Shown: one piece after another, positions 24,051 through 36,797 of the stretch
Position numbering within the stretch: the first letter of the stretch is position 1
How the letters are laid out: the number at the start of each line of letters is the position of its first letter
NCBI RefSeq assembly: GCF_044704955.1
Contig: NC_091992.1
Location: forward strand, 130,882,001 to 130,946,000
Direction: 5' to 3'
DNA from: Pristiophorus japonicus
Taxonomy: Eukaryota
Length of the DNA: 64,000 bases
The notes under the pieces: generated by a model
What the model saw: the letters and a program-made list of their open reading frames with translations, nothing else
The model's database searches: none
What the model was told of the DNA's origin: nothing
Position numbers and translations under genes: made by a program

Positions 24051-24592
24051 GTTCGTTTTTCAAACATTATTAGCAGTTAGGTGCAAAAACCTTTGGAGTG
24101 ATTTAAAAGTCAGTGGATTTCTGTGAGTTTTTCTAGAGGGACTAAGATGGGCCAAATGGTCACCTTCATATTTATCAGGATAGAAATCGGTACGGGTTGC
24201 ATCCATTTTTTAGATGCAAAATGAGCTCAGAGCACATCAATTTATCAGTAGGACGGCCTGCATCTAACCTGCACATTGCTGAATGATAAAGAGGCCTTTT
24301 TTAGGTGCACGGAGGCATTAGGCTTCTTAAATATGTAAATTATGGGCTTAACCACCATTGAAGGACCCCCATCGACAAATTAGTATTCATCTGCGGCCAC
24401 CAGGAGGAGCAGGGGTGCTCCCCGGATTCCCCATGAGGCAGAATTGCCTCCCGCCTCCTCCCCGGCCCCCTGGGACTTATCTGCTGGCGAGGCAGGTGGC
24501 CTGGCATTGATGTCTTTGGTCGGGCAGGCTGCCTAGGGAGGCGTGTCCATCAGTATGTTGATGAGGCCCGAGGATTGTTCTCCATCAATTAA

Positions 24593-24920
24593 TCATAGAA
24601 TCATAGAAATTTACATAACAGAAGGAGGCCATTCCGGCCCATCGTGTCCATGCCGGCCAACAAGACGCTATCCTGCCTAATCCCACTTTCCAGCTCCTGG
24701 TCTGTAACCATGTAGGTTATGGCACTTCAAGTGCACATCCAAGTATTTTTTAAATGCGGTGAGGGTTTCTGCCTCTATCACCCTTTCAGGCAGAGTTCCA
24801 GACCCTCACCACCCTCTGGGTGAATACATTTCCCCTCAAATCCCCTCTAAACCTCCTACCAGTTACTTTAAATCTATGCCCCCGGTTGTTGACAGCTCTG
24901 CAAAGAGAAATAGGTCCTTC
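24593..24920 (-). mobile_element. CR1-type 3' fragment
   Basis: RGHRFKVTGRRFRGDLRGNVFTQRVVRVWN and a (TTCTATGA)n tail. Confidence 0.8.
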
Positions 24921-25142
24921 CGGGCCCCTTGGACCGGGCGCGCACGGATCACGCAGCGCCAAGTCTAAACGGGCCCAGACTAATTTCAAGGCTGTCAAAT
25001 GAAAACAGAAAATGGCAGAAATGCACAGAAGGTCAGTCCGCCTCTGAAAGAGCAAAACAGGCCGAGGTTTTGAGTTGGACGCTGCCAGTTTTCTTTCTCG
25101 GCTCATGAGCAATGAAACTGGTGCTGAGGACAATGCCCGTAC

Positions 25143-25338
25143 CTGCCAGAAAACAGACCCTCCACAGGCCAGAGTGCAGCGACATCTTGACTTCTGTTGT
25201 CATGTTGATGGGGGAAATGGTCCCTTCCTCCAGGTACAGCCAGTAGTCGGTGCTCACCGCCACCCCGAGCAGACCCAGCCCACACACAGCGAACACGCTG
25301 CTCAGGAGAGTCAGAGCTTTCCTGCCACATGAGGTCAT
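25143..25338 (-). CDS. CACNG5: CACNG5 first coding exon (voltage-dependent calcium channel gamma-5 / TARP gamma-5)
   Basis: Encodes MTSCGRKALTLLSSVFAVCGLGLLGVAVSTDYWLYLEEG...SLHSGLWRVCFLA (claudin-family W-GLW-C motif; 196 nt) with donor G|gtacgg. An acceptor ttttcttccag starts the exon at 25359. The spliced product is 275 aa, and the N-terminus matches gamma-5 rather than gamma-7. Confidence 0.95.
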
Positions 25339-26021
25339 TCCACACAGCATCCGGATCGTCTGGAAGAAAATGCAGGGCACCAAATATACAAATTAATCGT
25401 TCACAATGTAACCCAAAAAACACATTTTACATTCTCCCCAAGTTGGGTCGCCAACTCTGGTTGGCCATATTCCTGGAGGTTTCATCACATTACCTACCGC
25501 CCCGCTCGGTTAAACAGCCTTTTCTCCATTCTGAAATACTTTCATAACTAATAAATGAAAGTGTTCACAAAAACACACAATTCTTGTACCTGGACAATAC
25601 ATAACATCTCGAAAGGTTAAAAGTCATCCGCAGGCTCCCCAAACAGTCACGGTGTCACGTAAATGATGGCCACTGGGGCAAGCTATTGGAGGGCACCTGT
25701 TGTCCATGGAGGGGTGGGAAGAAAATTGTTGGGGGGAAAAAAAAATAAGAAAACTTACTTCGAAAAAATTCTTGGCCTCTGCTTTGGGATTTTTTTCCCC
25801 CCAAATGTTCCCCTTCTCTCCTGAAGACATTGATTCTTCCAGGAATTGGTGACACTTGCTCAAGCAATCAAAGACAACCCGATGCCTTGGTATCATTCTC
25901 AATGATTTGAACAACAATATTCACCAACCAAGAGTGTGGGAGTGAATCTCAGGTTTGGAGCCTTGAACTAATTATCTTTTCATTGATTTGGGAAGTGTTT
26001 GTGTGACGATGACATTAATAG

Positions 26022-27146
26022 AATAAGAACATAAGTACATAAGAACATAAGAATTAAGAACAGGAGTAGGCCATCTAGCCCCTTGAGTCTGCTCCGCCAT
26101 TCAACAAGATCATGGCTGATTTGGCTGTGGACTCAGCTCCACTTACCCGCCCGCTCCCCATAACCCTTAATTCCCTTATTGGTTAAAAATCTATCTATCT
26201 GTGACTTAAATACATTCAATGAGCTAGCCTCAACTGCTTCCTTGGGCAGAGAATTCCACAGATTCACAACCCTCTGGGAGAAGAAATTCCTTCTCAACTC
26301 GGTTTTAAATTGGCTCCCCCGTATTTTGAGGCTGTGCCCCCTAGTTCTAGTCTCCCCGACCAGTGGAAACAACCTCTCTGCCTCTATCTTGTCTATCCCT
26401 TTCATTATTTTAAATGTTTCTATAAGATCACCCCTCATCCTTCTGAACTCCAACGAGTAAAGACCCAATCTACTCAATCTATCATCATAAGGTAACCCCC
26501 TCATCTCCGGAATCAGCCTAGTGAATCATCTCTGTACCCCCTCCAAAGCTAGTATATCCTTCCTTAAGTAAGGTGACCAAAACTGCACGCAGTACTCCAG
26601 GTGCGGCCTCACCAATAACCTATACAGTTGCAGAAGGACCTCCCTGCTTTTGTACTCCATCCCTCTCGCAATGAAGGCCAACATTACATTCGCCTTTCTG
26701 ATTACCTGTTGTACCTGCAAACTAACTTTTTGGGATTCATGCACAAGGACCCCCAGGTCCCTCTGCACCACAGCATGTTGTAATTTCTCCCCATTCAAAT
26801 AATATTCCCTTTTACTGTTTTTTTTCCCCAAGGTGGATGACCTCACACTTTCCGACATTGTATTCCATCTGCCAAACCTTAGCCCATTCGCTTAACCTAT
26901 CTAAATCTCTTTGCAGCCTCTCTGTGTCCTCTACACAACCCGCTTTCCCACTAATCTTTGTTTCATCTGCAAATTGTGTTACACTACACTCTGTCCCCTC
27001 TTCCAGGTCATCTATGTATATTGTAAACAGTTTTGGTCCCAACACCGATCCCTGTGGCACACCACTAACCACTGATTTCCAACCCGAAAAGGATCCATTT
27101 ATCCCGACTCTCTGCTTTCTGTTAGCCAGCCAATTCTCTATCCAAC
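26022..27146 (-). mobile_element. CR1 LINE RT fragment with 3' end
   Basis: [28 protein letters not shown] and KGYGERAGKWS, with a (TTCTTATG)n tail. Confidence 0.93.
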
Positions 27147-27459
27147 ACTTGCAATGTCATTAACCATTTATTGACTCTGCGTAACTGCACTGATGTACAT
27201 GGGGTAGAAAGGAGCAAGAATGTTTATCTCGCTATTCCTATGCTTTTAAACAATGCTGCTGAATCGATGAATCATTAAATGACATTGCAAGTTTTAGCAA
27301 TGTTGCAATAATGATGCTATTACATTCTCAGAAAAGGTACAGATGCAAAGCACAGAGCAATCCCAGAAAAAGGTGTATAGCACAGAGAAGAAAGGGGGAA
27401 AAAATCAGAAAGAAAGGAAATGTAAATGGCAATAAAGCACTTGTATGTTTTGCATAATA

Positions 27460-28290
27460 GGCTGACAGTCTAGTGCAGTGCTGAGGGAGTGTTGCACTGT
27501 CGGATGAGATGTTAAACCAAGGCCCCTTCTGCCCTTTCAGATGCAGTATTTTGAAGAAGAGCAGGTGAGTTCTCCCTGGTGTCCTGGCCAATATTTATTT
27601 TTCAACCAGCATCACTAAAACAGATCATTTGGTCATTATCTCATTACTGTTTGTGGGAGCTTGCTGTGCGCAAATTGGCTGCTGTGTTTCCTACATCATC
27701 ATCATCATAGGCAGCCCTTTGGAATCGAGGAAGACTTGCTTCCACTCTTAACATGAGTTCATAGGTGGCTGAACAGTCCAATATGAGAACCACAGACTGT
27801 CACAAATGGGGCAGATAGTCATTGAGGGAAGGGGTGGATGGGACTGGTTTGCCGCACGCTCTTTTCGCTGCCTGCACTTGTTTTCTGCATGCTCTCGGCG
27901 ATGAGTCTCAAGGTGCTCAGCGCCCTCCTGGATGCACTTCCTCCACTTGGGGCAGTCTCTGGCCAGGGACTCCCAGGTGTCAGTGGGGATGTTGCACTTT
28001 GGCCCACCTTTGGCTCGTTTGCTGTGAAGGAGTTCGAGTAGAGCACTTGCTTTGGGAGTCTTGTGTCTGGCATGCGAACAATGTGGCCTGCCCAGCGGAG
28101 CTGATCGAGTGTGGTCAGTGCTTCAATGCTGGGAATGTTGGTCTGGCCAAGGACGCTGATGTTGGTGCATCTGTCCTTCCAGGGGATTTGTAGGATCTTG
28201 CGGAGACATTACAACAGTGACTACACTTCAAAAAGTACTTAACTGGCTGTAAAGCATTTTAGGATTTCTTGAGGTGAATTCTTTCCTTTC
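27460..28290 (+). mobile_element. Deu-SINE interrupted by an RTE fragment
   Basis: The SINE runs to ...TTTCCTACAT (~27696) and resumes at ACATTACAACAGTG (~28206). Confidence 0.8.
27694..28209 (-). mobile_element. RTE LINE 3' fragment nested in a SINE
   Basis: MPDTRLPKQVLY motif, with the tail read as (CAT)n on the plus strand. Confidence 0.88.
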
Positions 28291-29857
28291 TCATAATAAG
28301 CCAGAGCTCTGTTGATCTCAACATCGGCAAGACTGACGCCATCCTGTTGTGCGGCTCGGTCTGAAGCTGAAGATTCCGTGTCCCTTGACCCTGAGCTGAG
28401 CTTCAAACTCTACATCCAGTCCATCATCACAACAGTTACCAATTCTAGAATATCACCGGCCTACACCCATACCTCCCCCCCAGTGAAATCTCACCCACAC
28501 CTTTGCAACTTCAAGGTTGCATGTCCCCAATGCTCTCCTCTCTAGCGTCCCGTACCATCATCCCTGTCCGAAACAAAAAGGTTTATTCTTAAAAATGGGA
28601 GGCAATCTAGTCTGAGGTGAATTCTTCAAGTAATAGGTTGGATTAACGGGGTGTGATGCTTTCTGAAGGATCAATTTAGCCATAATAGTTTTTTGCAAAG
28701 AAAATAAGATTTGAGGTTTTTAAATCACTGAGGATTAAGAAGAAACCAGAGATAAGCATTCTGGCCCCAGGTGAATGCGTAAACAGATGTCTACTACTCA
28801 CCAACACTTCAGCTCAACTGCTAGAGTGATTGCGAAAGGATTATTAATCCTTCAATGATCTGCCAAGTAAATGCAGAATAAACAAAAATCATCAGGTCCT
28901 GCTTTTTATTTCAGGGAAGCATGTGAAATGATGAGGAAAATGGATTAAAATATTAACAAAATTAAAATATTACCAGCTCCAACATTCACTCAAGTTCATG
29001 CTGTCGGAACTCTTTTACGTGTCATCCTTTGCCAGGTCCTATGCTGCATGTTCTCAGACACATCACAGATATTAGCGTATGTCAGGTTAAACTTCTTCCT
29101 TGCACACTGATTAACAGGTTTGTGTCCAACTTCTGCACAGGCTTTTGTCAAAAAATAGTACACATGGGAATTTGACCCAAACGTGTTAACCCAAAAGTTT
29201 AAAAAATAAGCCCCTGGAGGAACTTCAGCCCTGTTGTGATTAACTATAATGAATCTATTAATGAACAGCCAGGAGCAACCATTCTAATCAAGACTCAGGA
29301 AATCTGGTGCTTGAGATAATAATCCTCCAATTACTGTGATGAGATCTATTTCTATGAACAATTCAAATGGTTTAATTGATCAGCACATTAAAAAATGGGA
29401 ATAAATAATATTCTCCCCTTTCAGTTCATTGTTTATTGGCTGTAAAGCATTTTTGAGACACCCAGTGATCATGAAAGATGCGATATAAATGTAAGCCTTT
29501 CTTTCTAGTTGAAGTCACATCATAAGTGCCCTACAATAGGTAGTTCTTTAATCACATTTCTTAGTGTACGTAATGTTTCCTTCACAACATTTGGACTCTT
29601 CTTTCACTCAAATCAAATCAAGCACCCCACCCACCCGTCCCGCCAAGCACCACCTGTGACAGAGACTAGATCCTGCATTAGTCTCATCAGTCACTTGAGA
29701 ACTCATTTCAGTGTGAAAGCATGTCATCCTCGACTCCGAGGGACTGCCTAAGAAGAGACTCTTTCACTGCTTACAATCATTTGCTCTCTGGATAAATTGT
29801 TATTTCTTTCTTTCATTCACCTCTCATCAGCAGCAGAGAATCCCTATTGTTAGATGG

Positions 29858-30520
29858 TCAGCTGTGGCTCAGTTGGTAGCACTCTTGCCTTGAGTTAGAA
29901 GGTTTCGGGTTCAAGTCCCACTCTGGGGATTTAGACTGACACTCCCTGTGCAGTGCTGAGGAAGCGTCATCTGCTGATGCCATAGTCGTATTTGAAGAAG
30001 AGCAGGGGAGTTGTCCTGGGGCCAATATTTATCCCTCCATCAACATCCCCCTAGAACTAGGGGGCATAATCTTAGAATAAGGGGCCGCCTATTTAAAACT
30101 GAGATGAGGAGAAATTTCTTCTCTCAGAGGGTTGTAAATCTGTGGAATTTGCTGTGTCAGAGAGCTGTAGAAGCTGGGTCATTGAATAAATTTAAGACAG
30201 AATTTAACCGATAAGTGAATAAGGGGTTATGGGGAGCGGGCAGGGAAGTGGACCGGAGTCCATTATCAGATCAGCCATGATGGTATTAAATGGCAGAGCA
30301 GGCTCGAGGGGCCGTATGGCCTACTCCTGCTCCTATTGCTTATGTTCTTATCACTAAAACAGATTATCTGATCATTATCTCATTGCTGTGTGCAAATTGG
30401 CTGCTGCATTTCTTACATTACAACAGTGACTACACTTCAAAAGTACTTCATTGGCTGTAAGGTACACTGGGACATCCTGTGGTCATAAAAGGTGCTATAG
30501 AAATGTAAGTTTTTCTTTTT
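29858..30520 (+). mobile_element. Deu-SINE interrupted by a CR1 3' fragment (~30048-30350)
   Basis: SINE head GTGGCTCAGTTGG...GGTTCAAGTCC, then CR1 RTRGHNLRIRG...QRVVNLWN plus tail, then the SINE resumes at ATCACTAAAACAGATTATCTG. Confidence 0.8.
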
Positions 30521-31167
30521 TTTTAAGCACTTTCTGTTATTCGCCTTTGGGGTGGAAATGTTTCTCAGGTCCTGGCACAGAATGGGCAGCAACGCATGGC
30601 TTGTATTATGCTACTGTCCAAGGCAGATTGCTCCTCCTTTGTCTCACCAGCGTTACCTGGCACCGGCTGCTTTTGTGAGCATGGTGGGAAGGGAGGGGGC
30701 TCAGCTGACCCCTTTCCAGACTTCCACCAATATTGCTGTGAACCAGTTGCTGGGAAGCACCCCTGGGCGATGACTCACTGATTTACGACCTCCCGATGAG
30801 TGGTGACTGGGATCTGCTGTGCACCCCTTTAATGTAAAACCCCCGAGGTCAGAAATTCAGTGGTGTGGGGGAATCAAACCTACAGCCCACCACAGTGTCA
30901 CAATCTGGTGCTGCAGAGTGCTGTGTCACCTTGCCACCACTGGGCGTTGTTCACATTGTACTTCATGTTTCTGGGAAGTTGGGCTAACCTTTGGTATTGG
31001 CTGACAAAACCAAATACTCCCAGGTTTTGACCTAAGCGCCCTGAAAGTGCACAGCTGAGTTTCCTATTGGCTTAGTTAGTAATTGCACTCAGAGTAAGGC
31101 ATCCAAGTCCAGGAAGGTCCAGGTTTGACCTGTGGTCTGCGCTAAGTTATCTGCTCTGTCAAGGTAA

Positions 31168-31345
31168 AATGAAAGACTTGCATTTCTATAACATCTTTCA
31201 CGACCACTGGACCTCCCAAAGCACTTTACTTTTGAAGTATAGTTACTGTTGTTATGTGGGAAACGCGGCAACCAATTTGCGCACAGCAAGCTCCCACAAA
31301 CAGCAATGTGACAATGACCAGATAATCTGTTTTTTTTAGTGATGA
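31168..31345 (-). mobile_element. Deu-SINE 3' half
   Basis: Matches 885-1065. Confidence 0.75.
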
Positions 31346-31418
31346 TGATTGAGGCTGTTCCTGCTCCTGCTCGAGGGGCCGAATGGCCTGCTCCTGCTCC
31401 TATTATCATATCGATAAT

Positions 31419-31516
31419 ATAAAAACAGAAAATGGTGGAAATCTTAGCAGGTCAGATAGCATCTGTGGAAAGAAACAGAGTTAATGTTTCAAGTCGATGA
31501 CCTTTCGTCAGAACTG
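31419..31516 (-). mobile_element. Penelope-type terminus with a hammerhead-like core
   Basis: Minus strand reads CAGTT-CTGACGA-AAGGTCATCGACTT-GAAA-CATT-AACTC followed by the family arm. Confidence 0.6.
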
Positions 31517-31978
31517 CTATTTCTTGGGCTCAGACTTGTGATGTGCTATTTTTAAGCCTACCTCACTGTTTCACGTAAAATGAATAATGTTCGCTTGTTG
31601 AGTCACTTGGACCCTGGGATTATATCCCAGCAAGGATCCAATGACCTCAGTGGATAATTGGCAGCAACAATATTTTAGTATTTAAAAACAACAGTAACAG
31701 CCGTCAGACTGGGAAGCGGGGGTTGGGACAAGGGGCCGGATCAAATGCAGTGAAGGTGAGTCACCGGACCAGAGTGACGGTGGTTGGTGGTCGGGAAGTG
31801 GTGACAAATGTTGCTTCTTGCTGAACCCCGCTGGTCGCTCGCTTCATCCAAAAATAACCTGCTGCTGCTGCTCAGATGGACTTGGCGATGTTCCCAGTAC
31901 TTTCCAATACTGGCGGCCTGACTTGTGAAGTAAGATCTATCATCAAACAATCACAGGGCAGTGGTGGCGTGGGCGTGC

Positions 31979-32600
31979 GGCCGCCCATCGGTACAGCCCG
32001 GGGAGGGAGGGAGGGCCGCCCATCGGTACAGCCCGGGGAGGGAGGGAGGGCCGCCCATCGGTACAGCCCGGGGAGGGAGGGAGGGCCGCCCATCGGTACA
32101 GCCCGGGGAGGGAGGGAGGGCCGCCCATCGGTACAGCCCGGGGAGGGAGGGAGGGCCGCCCATCGGTACAGCCCGGGGAGGGAGGGAGGGCCGCCCATCG
32201 GTACAGCCCGGGGAGGGAGGGCCGCCCATCGGTACAGCCCGGGGAGGGAGGGAGGGCCGCCCATCGGTACAGCCCAGGGAGGGAGGGAGGGCCGCCCATC
32301 GGTACAGCCCGTGGAGGGAGGGAGGGCCGCCCATCGGTACAGCCCGGGGAGGGAGGGCCGTCCATCGGTACAGCCCGGGGAGGGAGGGAGGGCCGCCCAT
32401 CGGTACAGCCCGGGGAGGGAGGGAGGGCCGCCCATCGGTACAGCCCGGGGAGGGAGGGAGGGCCGCCCATCGGTACAGCCCGGGGAGGGAGGGAGGGCCG
32501 CCCATCGGTACAGCCCGGGGAGGGAGGGAGGGCCGCCCATCGGTACAGCCCGGGGAGGGAGGGAGGGCCGCCCATCGGTACAGCCTGGGGAGGGAGGGAA
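31979..32600. repeat. 35-bp GC-rich minisatellite, ~18 copies
   Basis: Unit GCCGCCCATCGGTACAGCCCGGGGAGGGAGGGAGG. Confidence 0.97.
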
Positions 32601-32728
32601 GGCTGGAGCTCTCCGCTCAGCGGGCGATGCTGAAACACACACACACCCTGTTTCCCAGATGTGTGGGCTAAAATCTGTTTGGGGGGGGAGAATTAAAATC
32701 CAGGACCCCCGGTTTAGTTGCTTTACAC

Positions 32729-33175
32729 GGTCAGCTGTGGCTCAGTGGGCAGCACTCTCGCTTCTGAGTCTGAAGGTTGTGGGTTCAGGACATAAATCTA
32801 GGCTGACACTCCCAGTGCAGTGCTGAGGGAGCGCTGCACTGTCGGAGGCGCCTTCTTTCGGATGAGACGTTAAACCGAGGGCCCGTCTGCCCTCTCAGGT
32901 GAACGTAAAAGATCCCATGGCACTATTTCGAAGAGTAGGGGAGTCATCCCCGGTGTCCTGGTCAATATTTATCCCTCAATCAACAAAACAAAAAAACCCA
33001 GATTATCTAGTTATTATCACATTGTGGTTTGTGGGAGCTTGCTGTGCGCAAATTGGCCGCCACGTTTCCCACATTACAACAGTGACCACACTCCAAAACT
33101 ACTTCAATGGCTGTAAAGTGCTTCGAGATGTTCATGTGATTGTGTAAGGTGCTCTGTAAATCCAAGACTTTCATT
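32729..33175 (+). mobile_element. Near full-length Deu-domain tRNA-SINE
   Basis: A-box-like GTGGCTCAGTGG, the Deu core GGATGAGACGTTAAACCGAGG...AAAGATCCCATGGCACTATTTCG, and the tail. Confidence 0.85.
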
Positions 33176-33295
33176 TACCAAAGCATCTTAAAAGCACACA
33201 GGAGAGCGCTCTCGGTGCCTTGCTGGATGGATGTACTGCAACACCAATCATACATACCAGGTTAGGATTCTGACCTATACTGAGTTATCGCTCAA

Positions 33296-33482
33296 TAGGG
33301 TTACCAACTCTGGTTGGACATATTCCTGGAGGGTTCATCATGACTTCCAACCTCCCCGATCAAAAAGCTTCACCACCCCCCCCCCTCCCCCCCCGGCCCG
33401 GCTTTGCTCGCAGCAGTGTCCTGGAGATTAATTTTTAATTCCTGGACATTCCAGGGCAAATCCTGGAGAGTTGGAAACCCAT
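33296..33482. mobile_element. MITE with imperfect terminal inverted repeats
   Basis: TAGGGTTACCAACTC ... GAGTTGGAAACCCA. A related left end lies at ~25445. Confidence 0.55.
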
Positions 33483-33542
33483 ATTCTCAACCAGTACAGC
33501 AATACATCCCTCATCTTAGAGGGGTGGGAAAACAAAAATCAT

Positions 33543-34204
33543 CTCGGGACCCTCTCCTGATCTTTCTCCAGTCACTCCTATCCCAGGACCCGCTCCTGAT
33601 CTTCCTCCAGTCACTCCTTTCCCGGGACCCTCTCCTGATCTTCCTCCAGTCACTCCTTTCCCGGGACCCTCTCCTGATCTTTCTCCAGTCACTCCTATCC
33701 CAGGACCCTCTCCTGATCTTCCTCCAGTCACTCCTATCCCGGGACCCTCTCCTGATCTTCCTCCAGTCACTCCTTTCCCGGGACCCTCTCCTGATCTTCC
33801 TCCAGTCACTCCTATCCCAGGACCCTCTCCTGATCTTTCTCCAGTCACTCCTATCCCGGGACCCGCTCCTGATCTTCCTCCAGTCACTCCTTTCCCAGGA
33901 CCCTCTCCTGATCTTTCTCCAGTCACTCCTATCCCAGGACCCTCTCCTGATCTTTCTCCAGTCACTCCTATCCCAGGACCCTCTCCTGATCTTTCTCCAG
34001 TCACTCCTATCCCAGGACCCTCTCCTGATCTTCCTCCAGTCACTCCTATCCCGGGACCCTCTCCTGATCTTTCTCCAGTCACTCCTATCCCAGGACCCTC
34101 TCCTGATCTTCCTCCAGTCACTCCTATCCTGGGACCATCTCCTGATCTTCCTCCAGTCACTCCTATCCCGGGACCCTCTCCTGATCTTCCTCCAGTCACT
34201 CCTA
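33543..34204. repeat. 39-bp pyrimidine-rich minisatellite, ~17 copies
   Basis: Unit TCCCRGGACCCTCTCCTGATCTTYCTCCAGTCACTCCTW. Confidence 0.97.
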
Positions 34205-35544
34205 CGGAACAGTGCAGGTTTGCAGATGTTGGATGGGGAAAGGATCGGGCCCTCCTGTGATGCTCCCTACAGTCAAATAGCGTGGCAATGCTTTCTGACT
34301 AGCGCTACACATGAAGGATGGTCACTTGGCTAAGGTAACGGAGCAGGTGCTTATGGAACCCATAACCCAGCAAGAATCTCTGCTTCCTGGCGAGGAGGGT
34401 AGAGGTTTTTTTAAAGTACTGGAGAAATCAGAAGAATTAAATTGTTAATCAAATAATAAAATGATCCGATTTCAACTTTTATATATTTTAAATGACAAAA
34501 TGTAACATTGTCACATGCACTGTAGTGTTTACATTATAAAACCTTTTATAATCTCCCTCATAATTAATGTAGCTCATGCTTTAATCCACATTCACTTGTT
34601 GATGCCGATTAGCAAAAACATTCTTTCACTGTGCATGCCTTGTTCTCGATAAAAATTCTCTTATTCACTGGGAATTCTGCTATAGAAGCCTCAGCCTCTT
34701 CTTCCTTCCTCTCCTTTAATGATGGTGTAGTGCATGTTGCCAGGTTTCCAACCCCGCCAGAGTTTCTGTCCTGTCCTTGGTCATGGAGGTGAGCATAGTA
34801 CACAGGATGGAGAGGTGATCGCAGGAGGCAGCTGGGGAATGGAGAGAGAGAGTTGCCTTATGCTGAAGTGTACAAAGTATGGCAGAGTTCTGGAGGTAAT
34901 AGTTCATCTGTGGCATTGGTCATGCTGGAGGAGGTGCAATTTGTCATCTAACTAGTGGATGGGTATAATCTCGCCATCTTACAACATTGGCTACACTCCA
35001 AAAGTACATAATTGGTTGTAAAGCGCTTTGGCACGTCCGGTGGTCATGAACGGTGCTATATAAATACAAGTCTTTTTGGAGGAGCTGATCCACTCTGGTG
35101 GCCCCTTTCTCGAGCTGGACTCTGCCCGAGGTGGGTCGTTCTGGGAGCCCCCATTGTGCTAGACTGGGGAGAGGGCTGATGGAGCAGGTGGGATTCTCAG
35201 AGAGGCATAGACCTCTCGCCAGGTTAAAAGGGTTGCAATGACAATGGGATGTGTTTCTATCTCTCAGTTGGTCTCTTCAGTGGGCATATGCAGGGGGTTC
35301 ACAAGGAGGTCCTGGTCTCAATTACCAGCCATTGATTCTGCTGGGAAGCTAAGGACCAGGTCAAAGCAGTGGTGTCTAAAATACAGGAGGCCAAGTGCTT
35401 GCTCTTTTAGGGAACTGGACACACTGGAGGCATATTTTCACTCACCCAGAGGAACTTGAGGAAGTGGTTCTTCACGTCATGGAATTGTCGGGCTGATACC
35501 TTCTGGTAGCATCTGAAATTGGGAGATGAGGTGAGGAAGGATTT

Positions 35545-35780
35545 AAAAAAAATATTAATTCCTGGGATGTGGCCATCGCTGGCAAGGCCATCATTTATTG
35601 TTCATCCCCAATTGACCTTGAGAAGGTGGTGGTGAGCTGGCTTCTTGAACTGCTGCAGTCCATGTGGTGAAGGTGCTCCCACAGTGCTGTTAGGGAGGGA
35701 GTTCCAGGATTTTGACCCAGTGACGATGAAGGAACAGCAATATATTTCCAAGTCGGGGTGGTGTGTGATTTGGAAGAGAA
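35545..35780 (-). mobile_element. Divergent CR1-type LINE 3' end
   Basis: SFIVTGSKSWNSLPNSTV...QFKK.AHHHLL. A related tail lies at 12535-12620. Confidence 0.65.
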
Positions 35781-35852
35781 TAAGGATCATCCTGAATATT
35801 CATCCTTATTGTGTTTATGCTACCCAGGAGTGATGTGAGCAGGTTACACCGC

Positions 35853-36115
35853 CTAGTTATATACTGGTTGGTGGGGGGAATTCTTTTTGTACAGGGTGGC
35901 GTGTTTTGGTGCGATATGTAAACCCAACATATCTAAAGCCGGGTCTGGGCCTGTGGTCCCCCAGTGGAGTGAGAACATAGGAGGGCTGAAGCCCAGGGTG
36001 AACACTGGATGTGGGATCTGAGTACAGGGTTTTAATCCAATTCCTGAATTTGTCATCAAGAGTAATGAGGAAGAATAACCACTCCTGGCCTTTCTGTATC
36101 CAGGGAGAGTACCGA
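35853..36115 (-). mobile_element. Highly decayed L1-clade RT fragment
   Basis: EWLFF...KFRNWIKTLYSDPTSSV and LGLHIAPKHATLYKKN resemble the fish L1 RT motifs FINWIKTLY and YLGI...LYKxNF. Confidence 0.5.
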
Positions 36116-36199
36116 GCGCAGGTGTGTTGGTGCTGGAATAGTGGTGTACCACAACCTAGAACTGCGCGATGTTGTTTCTCGAGAAGTGGCCCCATATAA

Positions 36200-36790
36200 G
36201 TCTTGGAAGGGATTCCTTCGGTCATCCCACCTGCTGAAACACCAGCGAGTTCACACCGGGGAGAGGCCGTTCGCCTGCTCCGTGTGTGGGGAAGGATTTG
36301 CTCGCTTATACACCCTTCTGACACACCAGCGAGTTCACACTGGGGAAAGACAGTTCACCTGCTCCGTGTGTGGGAAGGGATTCATCGTGTCATCCCACCT
36401 GGTGAGACACCAGCGAGTTCACACTGGGGAGAGGCCATTCACCTGCTCCGTGTGTGGGAAGGGATTCACTCAGATATCCAACCTGCTGAGACATCAGCGA
36501 GTTCACAAGTGCCTGCAGGGTTTGGATTCTGCTGTTATCCCAGACTGATTCGTTCTGACAGCTGAGGTTTCTTTCTGCTGATATTGATTACCCCTATAAC
36601 GGGACTGTTTAATATTCTGGATATTGGATCAATTAATCAACGGGAAAAGGGTCAGATAAAAATAATGCTGATTGTGTTTGCATCCATACTTCACTGTTTA
36701 AAGGGCTTCATATACTGAAAGCTGCAACAAATGGAGCTAAACTTTGTTGAAGCATTGATAATAAAATTAATTGAATCTGAAAAAAAAAAA
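36200..36790 (+). pseudogene. 5'-truncated C2H2 zinc-finger fragment, probable processed retrocopy
   Basis: One partial and three complete fingers with HTGERPF linkers, stop at 36548, AATAAA at ~36760 and an A11 tract at 36780-36790. The first finger lacks its cysteines and there is no ATG. Confidence 0.7.
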
Positions 36791-36797
36791 TTTTTTT

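Noticed and set aside
31872-34333. ORFs of 184-316 aa, including a leucine-rich SQDPLLIFLQSLL repeat
   Set aside because: Artefacts of the 35-bp and 39-bp tandem arrays, open on both strands.
36141-36548. Functional standalone ZNF gene
   Set aside because: The ORF starts at GTG, the first finger is truncated, no convincing acceptor was seen, and a poly(A) tract follows.
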